64,000 nucleotides of DNA. Origin: an uncultured SAR86 cluster bacterium. GTDB taxonomy: Bacteria; Pseudomonadota; Gammaproteobacteria; Magnimaribacterales; AG-339-G14. Shown here in pieces: positions 29,473-39,695 of this stretch; within the stretch, counting starts at the first letter, position 1; every line of letters begins with the position of its first letter. The notes below the pieces were generated by a model. That model did no database searches, was not told where the DNA came from, and saw only the letters and a list, made by a program, of their open reading frames with translations. The stretch covers positions 111,993-175,992 of the forward strand of contig CACPMT010000002.1 of NCBI GenBank assembly GCA_902635045.1, written 5' to 3'. The translations under genes and the position numbers were made by a program.

Positions 29473-30291
29473 ATGTCAAACAAAGAAATTAAACTTCCTA
29501 TAGATACTTCCTTAGGAAAATTACCTCAAAAAGAAAAAGGTTCTTTACTTCCAATAGAGTGTAAAACACCGGAAGAAATTAGAAGACACCAATTGGAACG
29601 GTTAGCTGCTGGTTTTAGAATGTTTTCTCATTTTGGTTATGACGAAGGAATCGCTGGTCATATAACATTAAGAGATCCTGAATATCCTCACTACTTTTGG
29701 GTAAATCCTTTCGGCATGCATTTTGGTCAAATTTGTATCTCTGACTTAATTCTTGTTGATAGAGATGGGAACATTGTTCAAGGTGAAGGAAAAATGCTCA
29801 ATACTGCAGCTTTTGCAATTCACTCAAGATTGCACGAAGCAAGACCTGATGTAAATGCAGCTGCGCACTCTCATTCAATGTATGGAAAATCTTTTTCTTC
29901 ATTAGGCCGTCTTCTGGAACCAATTACACAAGATTCGTGCGCTTTCTATGACAACCATGTGTTATTTGACGATTATACTGGGGTAGTTTTAGAAACTGAC
30001 GAAGGAGACAGAATTGCTAAAGCTTTAGGTGATAAAAAGGCTGCAATTCTAAAAAATCATGGTCTCTTAACTACTGGTGAATCCGTCGATGCAGCTTTGT
30101 GGGCTTTTTTATCAATGGATAGGTGTTGTCAGTCTCAATTAATTGCTGAATCGGCAGGTCAAATGGAAAGAATTTCCGATGAAGTTGCGGAGTTGACAAA
30201 ATCTCAAGTTGGATCTGAATTTGCAATGTGGGCAAGTTTTCAGCCTATTTACGACTTAATGTTAGAAAAGGATGATAGTTTTTTAAATTGA
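29473..30291 (+). CDS. Class II aldolase/adducin-domain protein
   Basis: GHITLRDP and AAHSHS metal-binding region, NHGLLTTG. Confidence 0.8.
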   Translation: MSNKEIKLPIDTSLGKLPQKEKGSLLPIECKTPEEIRRHQLERLAAGFRMFSHFGYDEGIAGHITLRDPEYPHYFWVNPFGMHFGQICISDLILVDRDGNIVQGEGKMLNTAAFAIHSRLHEARPDVNAAAHSHSMYGKSFSSLGRLLEPITQDSCAFYDNHVLFDDYTGVVLETDEGDRIAKALGDKKAAILKNHGLLTTGESVDAALWAFLSMDRCCQSQLIAESAGQMERISDEVAELTKSQVGSEFAMWASFQPIYDLMLEKDDSFLN

Positions 30292-30313
30292 ATAATTTCT
30301 TTTCTTTATAGAA

Positions 30314-31444
30314 TTGTTTTCTTTATTTCTTTTATATTCTCTATTGGGTTTTATAATTCACCTTTTAGTTCGTCATTTTTTTAAAAAACGAAATTTTGTT
30401 GATATTCCCGATGGTATTAAAAAAAGGCACGAAAGCGCAGTACCCATTTCAGGAGGTTTATCTTTTGGGATCTGTTTTGCTATATTTTTCAGTTGTTCTT
30501 TTTTATTAAGCTTTTTTAATTTAACTCCTTATTTTAATATTCAGATTCCAGCCGAGGGTTTTGGCTCTCTAGAATCTTTTCCTTATGTTTCTTTTTTTTG
30601 GTTGCTGTTTCTATCTTTAGTACTTTTGATGATTTGTCTTATTGACGACTTAATCACTTTACCGGTTTGGGTAAGGCTCTTTGCACAAGTTAGCTGCACT
30701 ATTTTAATGATTCAGTTGGGCGATATGAATCTTATTAATTTAGGGGCCATATTTGGAGGGAACGATCTTGTTCTTCCCAGTTATTTTGCATTTCTATTTA
30801 CAATTTTTTGTGTTGTAGGAATTACCAATGCATTTAACTGGATAGACGGTATTGACGGTTTTTTTTCATTTCAAGTTCTATTGGCTTTAGTGGGATTAAT
30901 CATTATTGGTAGAGGTGGATTTACTCTAGCCCATTTATCTTTGCTAGCCGCGCTCTTGCCCTACAGCATAATGAATTTGGGTTTGCTTGGGAAAAAATTC
31001 AAGGTTTTCATAGGTGATCATGGTGCCATGATGATAGGTTTTTTTCTTGCTTGCTCTTTTATTTTTCTTACCCAAGATCCTCTAAATATTTACGAACAGA
31101 CTGTACGTCCAGTTGAAGCACTTTGGTGTGTTGGATTAGTATTATTAAATGCTTTGAGAGTGATATGGAAAAGATTTATTAAAAAACTCTCAATCTTTAG
31201 TTCAGATAGAGAACATATTCATCATTATTTTTTAGATCAAGGATTCTCCAATCATCAAACGCTTCTTATTGTTTGTTTTATAAGTTTTTCAATTTCAGCT
31301 TTTGGCTTTCTATTATTTTTTCTGAATACTCCTGAATGGCTTTCTCTTTTAATTTTTTTAAGTATTTTATTAATTTGGAGTTGGATAGGTAAATTTTCAA
31401 ATCAAAAAACTAAGATTCAAGAATCTCTTCAATCATCCAAATAG
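30314..31444 (+). CDS. MraY/WecA-family (GT4) polyprenyl-phosphate sugar-1-phosphate transferase
   Basis: NAFNWIDGIDG motif, PISGGLSF, about 10 TM helices. TTG start in the track. Confidence 0.75.
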   Translation: MFSLFLLYSLLGFIIHLLVRHFFKKRNFVDIPDGIKKRHESAVPISGGLSFGICFAIFFSCSFLLSFFNLTPYFNIQIPAEGFGSLESFPYVSFFWLLFLSLVLLMICLIDDLITLPVWVRLFAQVSCTILMIQLGDMNLINLGAIFGGNDLVLPSYFAFLFTIFCVVGITNAFNWIDGIDGFFSFQVLLALVGLIIIGRGGFTLAHLSLLAALLPYSIMNLGLLGKKFKVFIGDHGAMMIGFFLACSFIFLTQDPLNIYEQTVRPVEALWCVGLVLLNALRVIWKRFIKKLSIFSSDREHIHHYFLDQGFSNHQTLLIVCFISFSISAFGFLLFFLNTPEWLSLLIFLSILLIWSWIGKFSNQKTKIQESLQSSK

Positions 31445-32009
31445 TATCTTTACCAAAGTAAATTTCATCATCAACGAAAAAAGTTGGAATACCGAAAACT
31501 CCACGCTCAACAGCTTTCTCAGTATTTGAAATAAGTTTTGCTTTTACTTCAGGATCTTGCATCTGATTCATCAATTTTTCTGAATCAAAGCCTGATTCAT
31601 CAAATGCTGCTTTAATTACATCAGGATCATCCATTTTTTTTGGTTCCTCCCACATGTGAACTAATACTTTATCAATATAATCTTCTAAATAACCATCCAT
31701 ATCTGCTGCGACTGCTCCTCTTATAATTTGGAGACTAATAACTGGAAAATGAGGATTCATTTTAAAGAGACTAAGATTATGTCTTTGAACAAACCTCTCC
31801 ATTTCGATTCCTTGATATTCATTTTTATTCAAGACGCCAAAAAACTGCTCCATAGGAGGCTTATTATTTGTTGCTTTGAATATACCTCCTAGTAACACAG
31901 GGATGTAATTCAACTCAACGTCATACTTTTGTTTTATTTTTTGCATAACTTTATGGCTCAAATAAGCATTCGGGCTAGCAAAGTCGAAATAAAAATCTAT
32001 TTTTCTCAT
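31410..32009 (-). CDS. 2-hydroxychromene-2-carboxylate isomerase/DsbA-like family protein
   Basis: IDFYFDFASPNAYL N-terminus, GVFGIPTFFV C-terminal block. Confidence 0.8.
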   Translation of the reverse strand: MRKIDFYFDFASPNAYLSHKVMQKIKQKYDVELNYIPVLLGGIFKATNNKPPMEQFFGVLNKNEYQGIEMERFVQRHNLSLFKMNPHFPVISLQIIRGAVAADMDGYLEDYIDKVLVHMWEEPKKMDDPDVIKAAFDESGFDSEKLMNQMQDPEVKAKLISNTEKAVERGVFGIPTFFVDDEIYFGKDTIWMIEEILES

Positions 32010-33784
32010 AATTTTTCACACTCCTCCAAAGCAAAATTTGATTTATTGCCAGACTCTTTTAAATTATTAATGTATGTGCATTTAGTTTTTATATCTCCTA
32101 TTCTAGTATCTACTGCTAACCTTTGCAGCTCATCGTCATAAAATAATTCAGATTTCGACATATAAATACCTTTATCGTTAGATGAGTCCAATACAATAAA
32201 TTTATCTTTGCCAGGTCCATTTTGCCAAGGCTGCCATTTTTCTAAGTCTTTCTGTCTCCCAGAGCCAGGATTTCCTGTATAAGCAAATTCTGCCCAATAA
32301 GACATCATTGAATTTGATAATTCTCTTGCTGCTGGTCTACTTTTATCGTTGATAATAAACCTTTCAAATCCAAAAAACTCTAGGCTTCCTGATACAAATG
32401 GAATTTCAAATCCATGAGCTGCACCGAAAATTTTAGAAAAATCCATCCACAAATAAGTTGGTTCTTCATCCCAATCAAATCTATAAGCAAAAACATCTGA
32501 GTTACCTGATTTTACTAATTTTCTGGCTGGTTGATCTACGCCACTAATTTTCCAGTTATTGGAAGCATATTCATTTTCAATTTCATACTTTTCTTTATCT
32601 TTAACAAAAATGATGAAATTACTAAAACTTGTGACAAACTCTTCATCCAGTGCAAAGAATAACTTCATCTCATCCCTGTTTGTTCCGAGCATGGTGGGAA
32701 CTTTATTGAATTGTCCTCTTCTAAACTCCATACCTTGTTTGGGTAAAACATATCCGTCTGCAATAATTCTAGGGACGTTAAACATTCCAGCAACTATCTT
32801 TTCTTGGTAAGTATCTAAAATTTCTGAAGAACTTAGGCTTTGTAAAAAGTCTTTTAAGTTCGAGTTATTCATAGAATCTTGTAATATTTTTGCTTCATAA
32901 GCATCTTTAGCATCATTGTTTCTAACTAAAAGGTTATTAACTATTTCTCTAGAACTAGTTGGCCAACCAGGATTTAATTCATCATCTACATAATTTGAGG
33001 CGTCTTCTACAGAAGTTGTTCTAGTTGAGCCACTCTGAGATATTGCTCTGTGAAAAAGCCCGCTTGCAAGATCTGAAGAAATTAAAGAAAAGACATTATG
33101 TCCACCTGCAGATTCTCCGAATATAGTGACGTTATCGGGGTTTCCACCAAATTCTTTTATATTTTTTTTAACCCATTTCAAAGCAAGTATTTGATCTAAC
33201 AGTCCAAAGTTTCCGGATTTATCCTCTTTTGAGTCAGTGGTTTCAATAAGACTAGGATGGTAAAACCAACCAAATGGTCCAAGTCGATAATTTATAGTAA
33301 TTACAATTACTTTTTGTTCAGAAGCTAACCTACTAAAATCATAAGCACTTCCTGCTCCAGTAGTATTTCCACCTCCGTGTATCCAAACCATAACAGGCAG
33401 GCTTTCATCTTCCGCTAAGTTTCTTGGGGAATGTATATTCAGATACAGACAATCTTCTGAACCGACGTAATTTTCTTTTTCTTCACTATAATCAACAAAA
33501 CTCCTGTTTTGAAAACAAATGTCTGAGAATGAGGTTGCCTTAATAATTTCCTTGTCGTTTTCTATAGGTTGTGGAGCTCTCCACCGAAGTTCATTAACAG
33601 GTGGTTTGGCGTAGGGGATGCCAAACCAAGCTAGAGAGTTAAATTTATGGTTAAAGCCAATTACTTGGCCTGAAGAAGTATTTTTTAAAGTAGTTAAATC
33701 CTCAATATATACAATTTTACTTTTATCTTCTGCACAGGCGAAAATTAACAAACACAAATTAAAAACGATAATTTTTTTAAACAA
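32006..33784 (-). CDS. Type-B carboxylesterase/lipase family lipoprotein
   Basis: Lipobox LLIFAC, EDCLYLNI, VWIHGGG, nucleophile FGESAGG. Confidence 0.85.
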   Translation of the reverse strand: MFKKIIVFNLCLLIFACAEDKSKIVYIEDLTTLKNTSSGQVIGFNHKFNSLAWFGIPYAKPPVNELRWRAPQPIENDKEIIKATSFSDICFQNRSFVDYSEEKENYVGSEDCLYLNIHSPRNLAEDESLPVMVWIHGGGNTTGAGSAYDFSRLASEQKVIVITINYRLGPFGWFYHPSLIETTDSKEDKSGNFGLLDQILALKWVKKNIKEFGGNPDNVTIFGESAGGHNVFSLISSDLASGLFHRAISQSGSTRTTSVEDASNYVDDELNPGWPTSSREIVNNLLVRNNDAKDAYEAKILQDSMNNSNLKDFLQSLSSSEILDTYQEKIVAGMFNVPRIIADGYVLPKQGMEFRRGQFNKVPTMLGTNRDEMKLFFALDEEFVTSFSNFIIFVKDKEKYEIENEYASNNWKISGVDQPARKLVKSGNSDVFAYRFDWDEEPTYLWMDFSKIFGAAHGFEIPFVSGSLEFFGFERFIINDKSRPAARELSNSMMSYWAEFAYTGNPGSGRQKDLEKWQPWQNGPGKDKFIVLDSSNDKGIYMSKSELFYDDELQRLAVDTRIGDIKTKCTYINNLKESGNKSNFALEECEKL

Positions 33785-33867
33785 TTCTTGCCCCCTTAAA
33801 TATTTAGTCTACGAAAATAAACTGATAAAGTATTATGCAAGATAATTGAAAATAAATCGAAAATATT

Positions 33868-35085
33868 ATGGAAATATCACCAATACCTACTCTTTCAAAA
33901 GAAATAAATAAAATTAGAGAATCAACAGCTTCTATTGTTGCAGATCAAATAATACCGAATGAAGCCAAAATTTATAAAGGTGGTGATGATGCCAAGGCTC
34001 TGAGGGAAGAAATAAGATCAGAAGTGAAGAAGAAAAAATTATGGGCTCCACATTTGCCTAAAGAATATGGCGGCATGGGAATTGGGTTTATGGCACACGC
34101 TTACATGAATGAAATTTTGGCTTGGTCACCCCTTTCTAATAGATTATTTGGTGTAATTGCTCCAAATTCAGGAAATCAAAAAGTTCTTCTCAAATATGGA
34201 TCGGATGAACAAAAGAAAAAATGGTTAGAGCCACTGATAGCAGGAGAAATGGAATCAGCTTTTTCTATGACAGAACCTGAAAATGCAGGATCTGATCCAA
34301 GATCTATCAAAACTACAGCTAAAAAGGAAGGAGATGAATGGGTCATTAACGGGCATAAAGTAATGACTTCAAATGGAATAAGAGCAGATTTTGCAATCGT
34401 TATGTGTAGAACAGAAGAAGAGGATGATTCTGGTGAAGTAAATTCAAGAATGACACAGATTATAGTTCCAACTAATACTCCTGGTTTTAATGTAATAAGA
34501 TCAGTCCCCATCTGGGGTCATACTGGCGGTGATCATGTTGAAATAAAGTATGAAAATGTCAGAGTTCCAATTGAAAATCAATTAGGAGCAAGAGGTTCTG
34601 GTCATGCTGCTGCTCAAGATAGGTTAGGAGCAGGAAGAGTATTCCACTGCATGAATAGTATTGGACAAATGTGGAGAGCGTTTGATTTAATGATGCAAAG
34701 AACAACCACCAGAAAAGTTCATGGCGGTTTGCTTGAATCAAAACAACTTATTCAGGGTTTTATCGCAGATTCCTATATTGATATACAAACGGCAAGATTA
34801 ATGACTATTCATTGTGCTGAGGTCATGGATTCTGAAGGAGATCCAAGAGTAGATATATCTGCTATAAAAATTTATGTCCCTGCAGCTATGCATAGAGTTG
34901 TAGATAGAGCTATTCAGGTATATGGTTGGAAAGGTGTATCTGCTGATTTGCCTTTATTTGGTATGTATCAAGGAGCAAGAACACTGAGATTAGCTGATGG
35001 ACCAGATGAAGTACATAGGATACTTATTGCAAAACAAGTTTTAAAAAAATATCGTGAAGGGCTTTCTTGGGACTTTGGAATCTAA
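33868..35085 (+). CDS. Acyl-CoA dehydrogenase family protein
   Basis: SAFSMTEPENAGSD block, QVYGWKG, C-terminal DGPDEVH. Confidence 0.85.
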   Translation: MEISPIPTLSKEINKIRESTASIVADQIIPNEAKIYKGGDDAKALREEIRSEVKKKKLWAPHLPKEYGGMGIGFMAHAYMNEILAWSPLSNRLFGVIAPNSGNQKVLLKYGSDEQKKKWLEPLIAGEMESAFSMTEPENAGSDPRSIKTTAKKEGDEWVINGHKVMTSNGIRADFAIVMCRTEEEDDSGEVNSRMTQIIVPTNTPGFNVIRSVPIWGHTGGDHVEIKYENVRVPIENQLGARGSGHAAAQDRLGAGRVFHCMNSIGQMWRAFDLMMQRTTTRKVHGGLLESKQLIQGFIADSYIDIQTARLMTIHCAEVMDSEGDPRVDISAIKIYVPAAMHRVVDRAIQVYGWKGVSADLPLFGMYQGARTLRLADGPDEVHRILIAKQVLKKYREGLSWDFGI

Positions 35086-35531
35086 GCTTTGATTATTTTT
35101 GCGTCCTTTGCCATATTGTCAATCAAAAAGTCTTTTGGCTCTCCTAATTTTATTAGCTTGAGACTAGATGATGCTTTAGCAATGATCTTCTCACCTTGAT
35201 AAAGTTCTGCTGAAGAAAAGCCAATAGACTTTCCTAATTTAATAATTTTTGACTCGCAAAAAAGCTTTCCTGGACTACCTGCTGATAAAAAAGAAACATT
35301 TATATCAATTGACATGGGAGTGTAAATAAAATCTGTTAATTCCATAACCAAAAATGCCATACAAGAATCCATCATTACGGTCGTAAAACCTCCCTGAATA
35401 ATGGTGCCGTTTGTATGACATATATCTTCAGTAGCTTCAAAAGACATTTTTAAGGTTTCGTTTTTATAATTAATTTCCAGAATTTTAGCAGCAAGCTGTT
35501 TCATGTATTCCGGAGTATGATCTTTGGGCAT
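35082..35531 (-). CDS. PaaI-type hotdog-fold thioesterase
   Basis: NGTIIQGGFTTVMMDSCMAF block, about 150 aa. Confidence 0.7.
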   Translation of the reverse strand: MPKDHTPEYMKQLAAKILEINYKNETLKMSFEATEDICHTNGTIIQGGFTTVMMDSCMAFLVMELTDFIYTPMSIDINVSFLSAGSPGKLFCESKIIKLGKSIGFSSAELYQGEKIIAKASSSLKLIKLGEPKDFLIDNMAKDAKIIKA

Positions 35532-35532
35532 T

Positions 35533-36930
35533 TTATATTTTTGAAAAAACTTCTATCGCTCTTTTTCTAGATGAAGAAAGATCAGTTATTGGCATTGGAT
35601 AATTAAATTCTTTTCTTAATTTAGTGTCAGGATTATGGATTTCTTTGCTTGATAAACTTTTTAAATTAGGCAAATAATGTTTAAGAAATAGTCCTTCTTT
35701 ATCAAATTTCTCGGATTGTGTAATGGGATTAAAAATTCTGAAATAAGGTGCAGCATCAACGCCTGTCGAAGCACTCCATTGCCAGCCTCCAACATTGGAG
35801 GCATGATCTCCATCGATTAAATTTTGCATAAAAAATTCTTCTCCCCTTTTCCAATCAATAAGTAAGTTTTTACTTAAAAACATGGCTACTATCATCCTCA
35901 GTCTATTATGCATCCAACCTGTGTTTAATAATTGTTTTATGGCGGCGTCAATTATTGGAAAACCTGTTTCTCCTTTTGTCCATGCAATAAAATCTTCTTC
36001 ATTATTTCTCCACTGGACTTGATCATACTTTTCATTAAAAGATTTTCTCATACTGACTCTGGGATAATGAAAAATAATATATTTATAAAACTCACGCCAG
36101 ATAATTTCATTAAACCAAGAATATTCACCTGTGCCCGGAGAGTCTTCTGATACTTCTAATAATTTAGAAACGCATGTTTTTGCAGAAATAATTCCTGAGG
36201 ATAAATAAACTGAAAGTTTGCTTGTAGAGTCTTGAGCAGGAAAATCTCTAGCGACTTTATAATCAGAAATTTTATTTTTAAAAAAATTTTCTAAAATTTC
36301 TTTAGCTGCTTTTTCTCCAGGTTCGTAAAGTTTTAAAGCATTTTTTTTAAGCACATCCCCAAGTTCGAAATTAGGTATTTCATCTGATTCACCAATTTTA
36401 GTTTTTTGTTTGATAGGCTCAGGAAAACATTGAAGATAATCTTCATTAAGCTCTTCTCTAAAAGATCTTGAGTAAGGGGTAAAAACTTTAAAATATGTCC
36501 CGGCCCCAGTGAAAATCTTATTGGGATTTATGATAGAAGAATCAAATTCATGTAAATCAATTCCATTATGATTCAAAAGTTTTTTTAAATTCGCATCTCT
36601 GCGTCTTTCGTCAACGCCATATTCAGAATTAATGAAGACCTTAGAAGCATTTATCTTTAGAGCTTCTTCCAAAATCGATTGAGGCTCATCATCGAACTTT
36701 CTGGGGGAAAGAATTCTTAAATTAATATTCAAAGTGTTTAATTTTTTCTTAATTATTTCTAAATTGTTTAATTGAAATCTAATTTTGAGAGAACTTTCGT
36801 AATGAAGTTGCCATTTTTTTTCATTAAATAAAAATAATGCCTCTAAACCATTTTTATCTAATGAAGCATTGTAGAGAGCTGCATTATCTTCGAGTCTTAA
36901 GTCGTTTGAAAAAATGTATAGATTCGCCAT
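35533..36930 (-). CDS. phrB: Deoxyribodipyrimidine photolyase (class I CPD)
   Basis: WREFY, TGWMHNRLRM, DGDHASNVGGWQW. Confidence 0.9.
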   Translation of the reverse strand: MANLYIFSNDLRLEDNAALYNASLDKNGLEALFLFNEKKWQLHYESSLKIRFQLNNLEIIKKKLNTLNINLRILSPRKFDDEPQSILEEALKINASKVFINSEYGVDERRRDANLKKLLNHNGIDLHEFDSSIINPNKIFTGAGTYFKVFTPYSRSFREELNEDYLQCFPEPIKQKTKIGESDEIPNFELGDVLKKNALKLYEPGEKAAKEILENFFKNKISDYKVARDFPAQDSTSKLSVYLSSGIISAKTCVSKLLEVSEDSPGTGEYSWFNEIIWREFYKYIIFHYPRVSMRKSFNEKYDQVQWRNNEEDFIAWTKGETGFPIIDAAIKQLLNTGWMHNRLRMIVAMFLSKNLLIDWKRGEEFFMQNLIDGDHASNVGGWQWSASTGVDAAPYFRIFNPITQSEKFDKEGLFLKHYLPNLKSLSSKEIHNPDTKLRKEFNYPMPITDLSSSRKRAIEVFSKI

Positions 36931-36982
36931 TAAAACACTTTAATAAAAATTTTCTAAAATATAAAATACCTTTTTATAAAAT

Positions 36983-37015
36983 AAACGGGTCATAACGTCA
37001 TGTCATAACCCGTTT
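36983..37015 (-). terminator. Hairpin at the end of the 20-gene minus-strand array; candidate intrinsic terminator
   Basis: AAACGGGT (36983-36990) pairs perfectly with ACCCGTTT (37008-37015), 17-nt loop, A/T-rich flanks on both sides. It lies about 110 bp downstream of the stop at 37127. Confidence 0.4.
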
Positions 37016-37126
37016 TATTCGAGTTGGAGAGATTTTTCTGGGGAGAAAAGAATACTCGAATAGATTTATTCTATATATCTAAAAGTGTAAATAGGGTTAT
37101 AAATAAGGTTATTTTAGTTATAAAAA

Positions 37127-38302
37127 CTAATGAACTTTAAATTCAATATCAGCTTGTTTTAATCTTTTAATCAATTCTTCACCTAATCCGACTGCAGAAG
37201 TTAAGACTCCGCCATAATCATCACCGCCTGGTAAGTTAGAAGACCTTGCAAGAGTTAAAGCAGATTCACAGACTAATTTTGAAGTTGATTTGTAACCTGG
37301 ATCTCCTGTACCGTAAATCGAACAGATTTTTTTCTCTCCATCTTCAGCTTCAGCAATAAAAGTCGATCTAAACCAACCATTATTTTGCACTTCTATACTA
37401 GGACCCTCTCCTGGTTTTGGCAAAAATCTTCTCACTAAACTCTTCAATGGAGAAGCAATGATTAAAAAGCCCAAAACTAAACCATAAGACGCTCGTCTAG
37501 CTAATTTTTTTGTCTTATGGAGTCCGTATTCACCAAATGTAAAATTAGTTCCATAGCTTTTTTGATTTTGTTCCATAAGAGCTGCAGATCTTCTAACCAC
37601 TCTAGTGTTTCCAGCTGCCATAACAAACATTCCAGACCAAGCATCAAGTTCTTCAATTTTTTCAATTTTCATTTCATCTTTTGAATTTTTTCTTTGCTCC
37701 TCGGTGACAGAATTTTCTGGATTTAGAAGAAAGGGATCGCGCATTTCTTTACTTAATTTCCCCATTGTAAATGCAGTTTCAATTGTTCCTCCCGAAGCGC
37801 CACCTTGCATTTCTTGATATAAATCTATTCTCTTTACCGGCTTGTTAAATTGAGAAACAGCATATAAAGATCCAATATCTGATGGAATAGAATCATATCC
37901 GCAAGATGGAACAACTCTCACTCCTTTTATACTCGCGTTGTCGTGATGTTTATCTATTAAAGTTCTTACCCAATGATTTTCTCCGGTAATATCTGTGTAA
38001 TGTGTTCCTTGTTCAACGCATGCTTGAACTAACAAATCACTATATCTGGCAAAAGGGCCTGCAGTAGATAACACTACCTTTGTTTGTCCTGCCATTACTC
38101 TTAAAGCTTCTAGATTATCTCCATCGGCAACCAAAACATCTACTTCTAAAGCAAAATTTTCTTTAATTTCTTCCAGTTTTTCTTTATTTCTTCCTGCAAT
38201 AGCCCAATTCAAATCAGTATAATTTTCTTTAAAATATTTGGCACATAGTTGCCCTGTAAAACCAGTACCGCCATAAAGAATTATTTCGTATTTTTTTTCC
38301 AT
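37127..38302 (-). CDS. Saccharopine-dehydrogenase-like NAD(P)-binding oxidoreductase
   Basis: IILYGGTGFTG Rossmann N-terminus and family-typical length. Confidence 0.7.
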   Translation of the reverse strand: MEKKYEIILYGGTGFTGQLCAKYFKENYTDLNWAIAGRNKEKLEEIKENFALEVDVLVADGDNLEALRVMAGQTKVVLSTAGPFARYSDLLVQACVEQGTHYTDITGENHWVRTLIDKHHDNASIKGVRVVPSCGYDSIPSDIGSLYAVSQFNKPVKRIDLYQEMQGGASGGTIETAFTMGKLSKEMRDPFLLNPENSVTEEQRKNSKDEMKIEKIEELDAWSGMFVMAAGNTRVVRRSAALMEQNQKSYGTNFTFGEYGLHKTKKLARRASYGLVLGFLIIASPLKSLVRRFLPKPGEGPSIEVQNNGWFRSTFIAEAEDGEKKICSIYGTGDPGYKSTSKLVCESALTLARSSNLPGGDDYGGVLTSAVGLGEELIKRLKQADIEFKVH

Positions 38303-38329
38303 AATAAGATTATAAATTAATAAAAATTT

Positions 38330-39685
38330 TTAGTAATTATTTTTAAAAAAATCTGTTGAGCTGTAGGGAAATAATGCAAAACTCAATACATTTTCTTCAT
38401 TCTGAGATGCGTCCTTCAATGAATTTTTCAAACAAAAATTACTTAAGTCTTCTTTTAGTTGCTTAAAATCATTAACTAAATCATCGGCTGGTCTGGTTTT
38501 AATTGGTTCCATTTCTAACCTAGCCTTATCTTTTAAATCATCTTCTACTTTTCCAAAAATTTTTCCATAATATCCAGAAATAAGTTTAGTTAATTCGATA
38601 GATAATTTTTCATATCTTTTACCATCAATAATATTTGAAAGTGCTTGGGCTCCAATAATTTGAGAAACAGGGGTCACTAAAGGTAAATAACCTAAATCCT
38701 TTCTAACTCTCGGAATTTCTTGAATTACTTCTTCTAATTTGTCTTCTAGATTCATCTGTTTAAGTTGACTTTCTAAATTTGATAACATTCCTCCAGGGAC
38801 TTGCCTTACTAACATTTGAACATCTACTCCTTTTAAGCTTCCCTCAAATTCTGAATATTTATTTCTAATTTTTTTAAAATATTGACTAATTTGATCTAAT
38901 TTTAGTAAGTCAAAATCTAGTGATAAATCTGTATCTTGAAGCATTGAAACTAAAGTTTCAGTGGAAGAGTGACCATAGGTCATACTCATAGATGATATTG
39001 AAGTGTCTATGTTGTCAATACCTGCTTCTATTGCTTTCAAATTTGTAGCTGTGGACATTCCAGTAGTTGCATGAGTTTGCATATGAATTGGAATAGATAA
39101 CTCTTCTTTTAATTTTGATATAAGTTGAAAAGCATCATTAGGTTTTAAAATACCAGCCATATCTTTTATAGCAATTGAGTCTATTCCAATATCCTCCATG
39201 CTTTTCGCAAGATCAAGCCAATATTGAATATTATGTATTGGACTAGTTGTGTAAGCCATTGCAGCTTGAGCATGCTTATTATTTTCCTTAACTTGCTCTA
39301 AAGAAAATCTAATGTTTTCGATATCATTTAATGCATCAAATATCCTAAAAACATCTATACCGTTTTCAGCCGATTTATTTATAAATTTTGAAACAATTTG
39401 ATCGCTAAAGTGTTTATAACCCACCAAATTTTGTCCTCTTAAAAGCATTTGTTGAGGTGTCTTTGGCATCGCCTTTTTTAGTTCTTTTAATCTCTCCCAA
39501 GGATCTTCGTTTAAATGTCTCAAACATACATCGAATGTCGCTCCACCCCATGATTCAATTGACCAATATCCAATTTCATCTAGTAGTCTTGCTGCCGGAA
39601 GAAGATCTTCCAAACTAATTCTCGTCGCAAGTAGAGATTGATTTCCATCTCTTAAAACAACTTCAGTTATTCCTAATTTACTCAC
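38330..39685 (-). CDS. Oxaloacetate decarboxylase alpha / pyruvate carboxylase B / transcarboxylase 5S-type carboxyltransferase, with no biotinyl domain
   Basis: ITEVVLRDGNQSL N-terminus and HMQTHATTGM metal site. The protein ends at 451 aa with no AMKM biotinylation motif. Confidence 0.75.
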   Translation of the reverse strand: MSKLGITEVVLRDGNQSLLATRISLEDLLPAARLLDEIGYWSIESWGGATFDVCLRHLNEDPWERLKELKKAMPKTPQQMLLRGQNLVGYKHFSDQIVSKFINKSAENGIDVFRIFDALNDIENIRFSLEQVKENNKHAQAAMAYTTSPIHNIQYWLDLAKSMEDIGIDSIAIKDMAGILKPNDAFQLISKLKEELSIPIHMQTHATTGMSTATNLKAIEAGIDNIDTSISSMSMTYGHSSTETLVSMLQDTDLSLDFDLLKLDQISQYFKKIRNKYSEFEGSLKGVDVQMLVRQVPGGMLSNLESQLKQMNLEDKLEEVIQEIPRVRKDLGYLPLVTPVSQIIGAQALSNIIDGKRYEKLSIELTKLISGYYGKIFGKVEDDLKDKARLEMEPIKTRPADDLVNDFKQLKEDLSNFCLKNSLKDASQNEENVLSFALFPYSSTDFFKNNY

Positions 39686-39695
39686 TTATTTTTAT

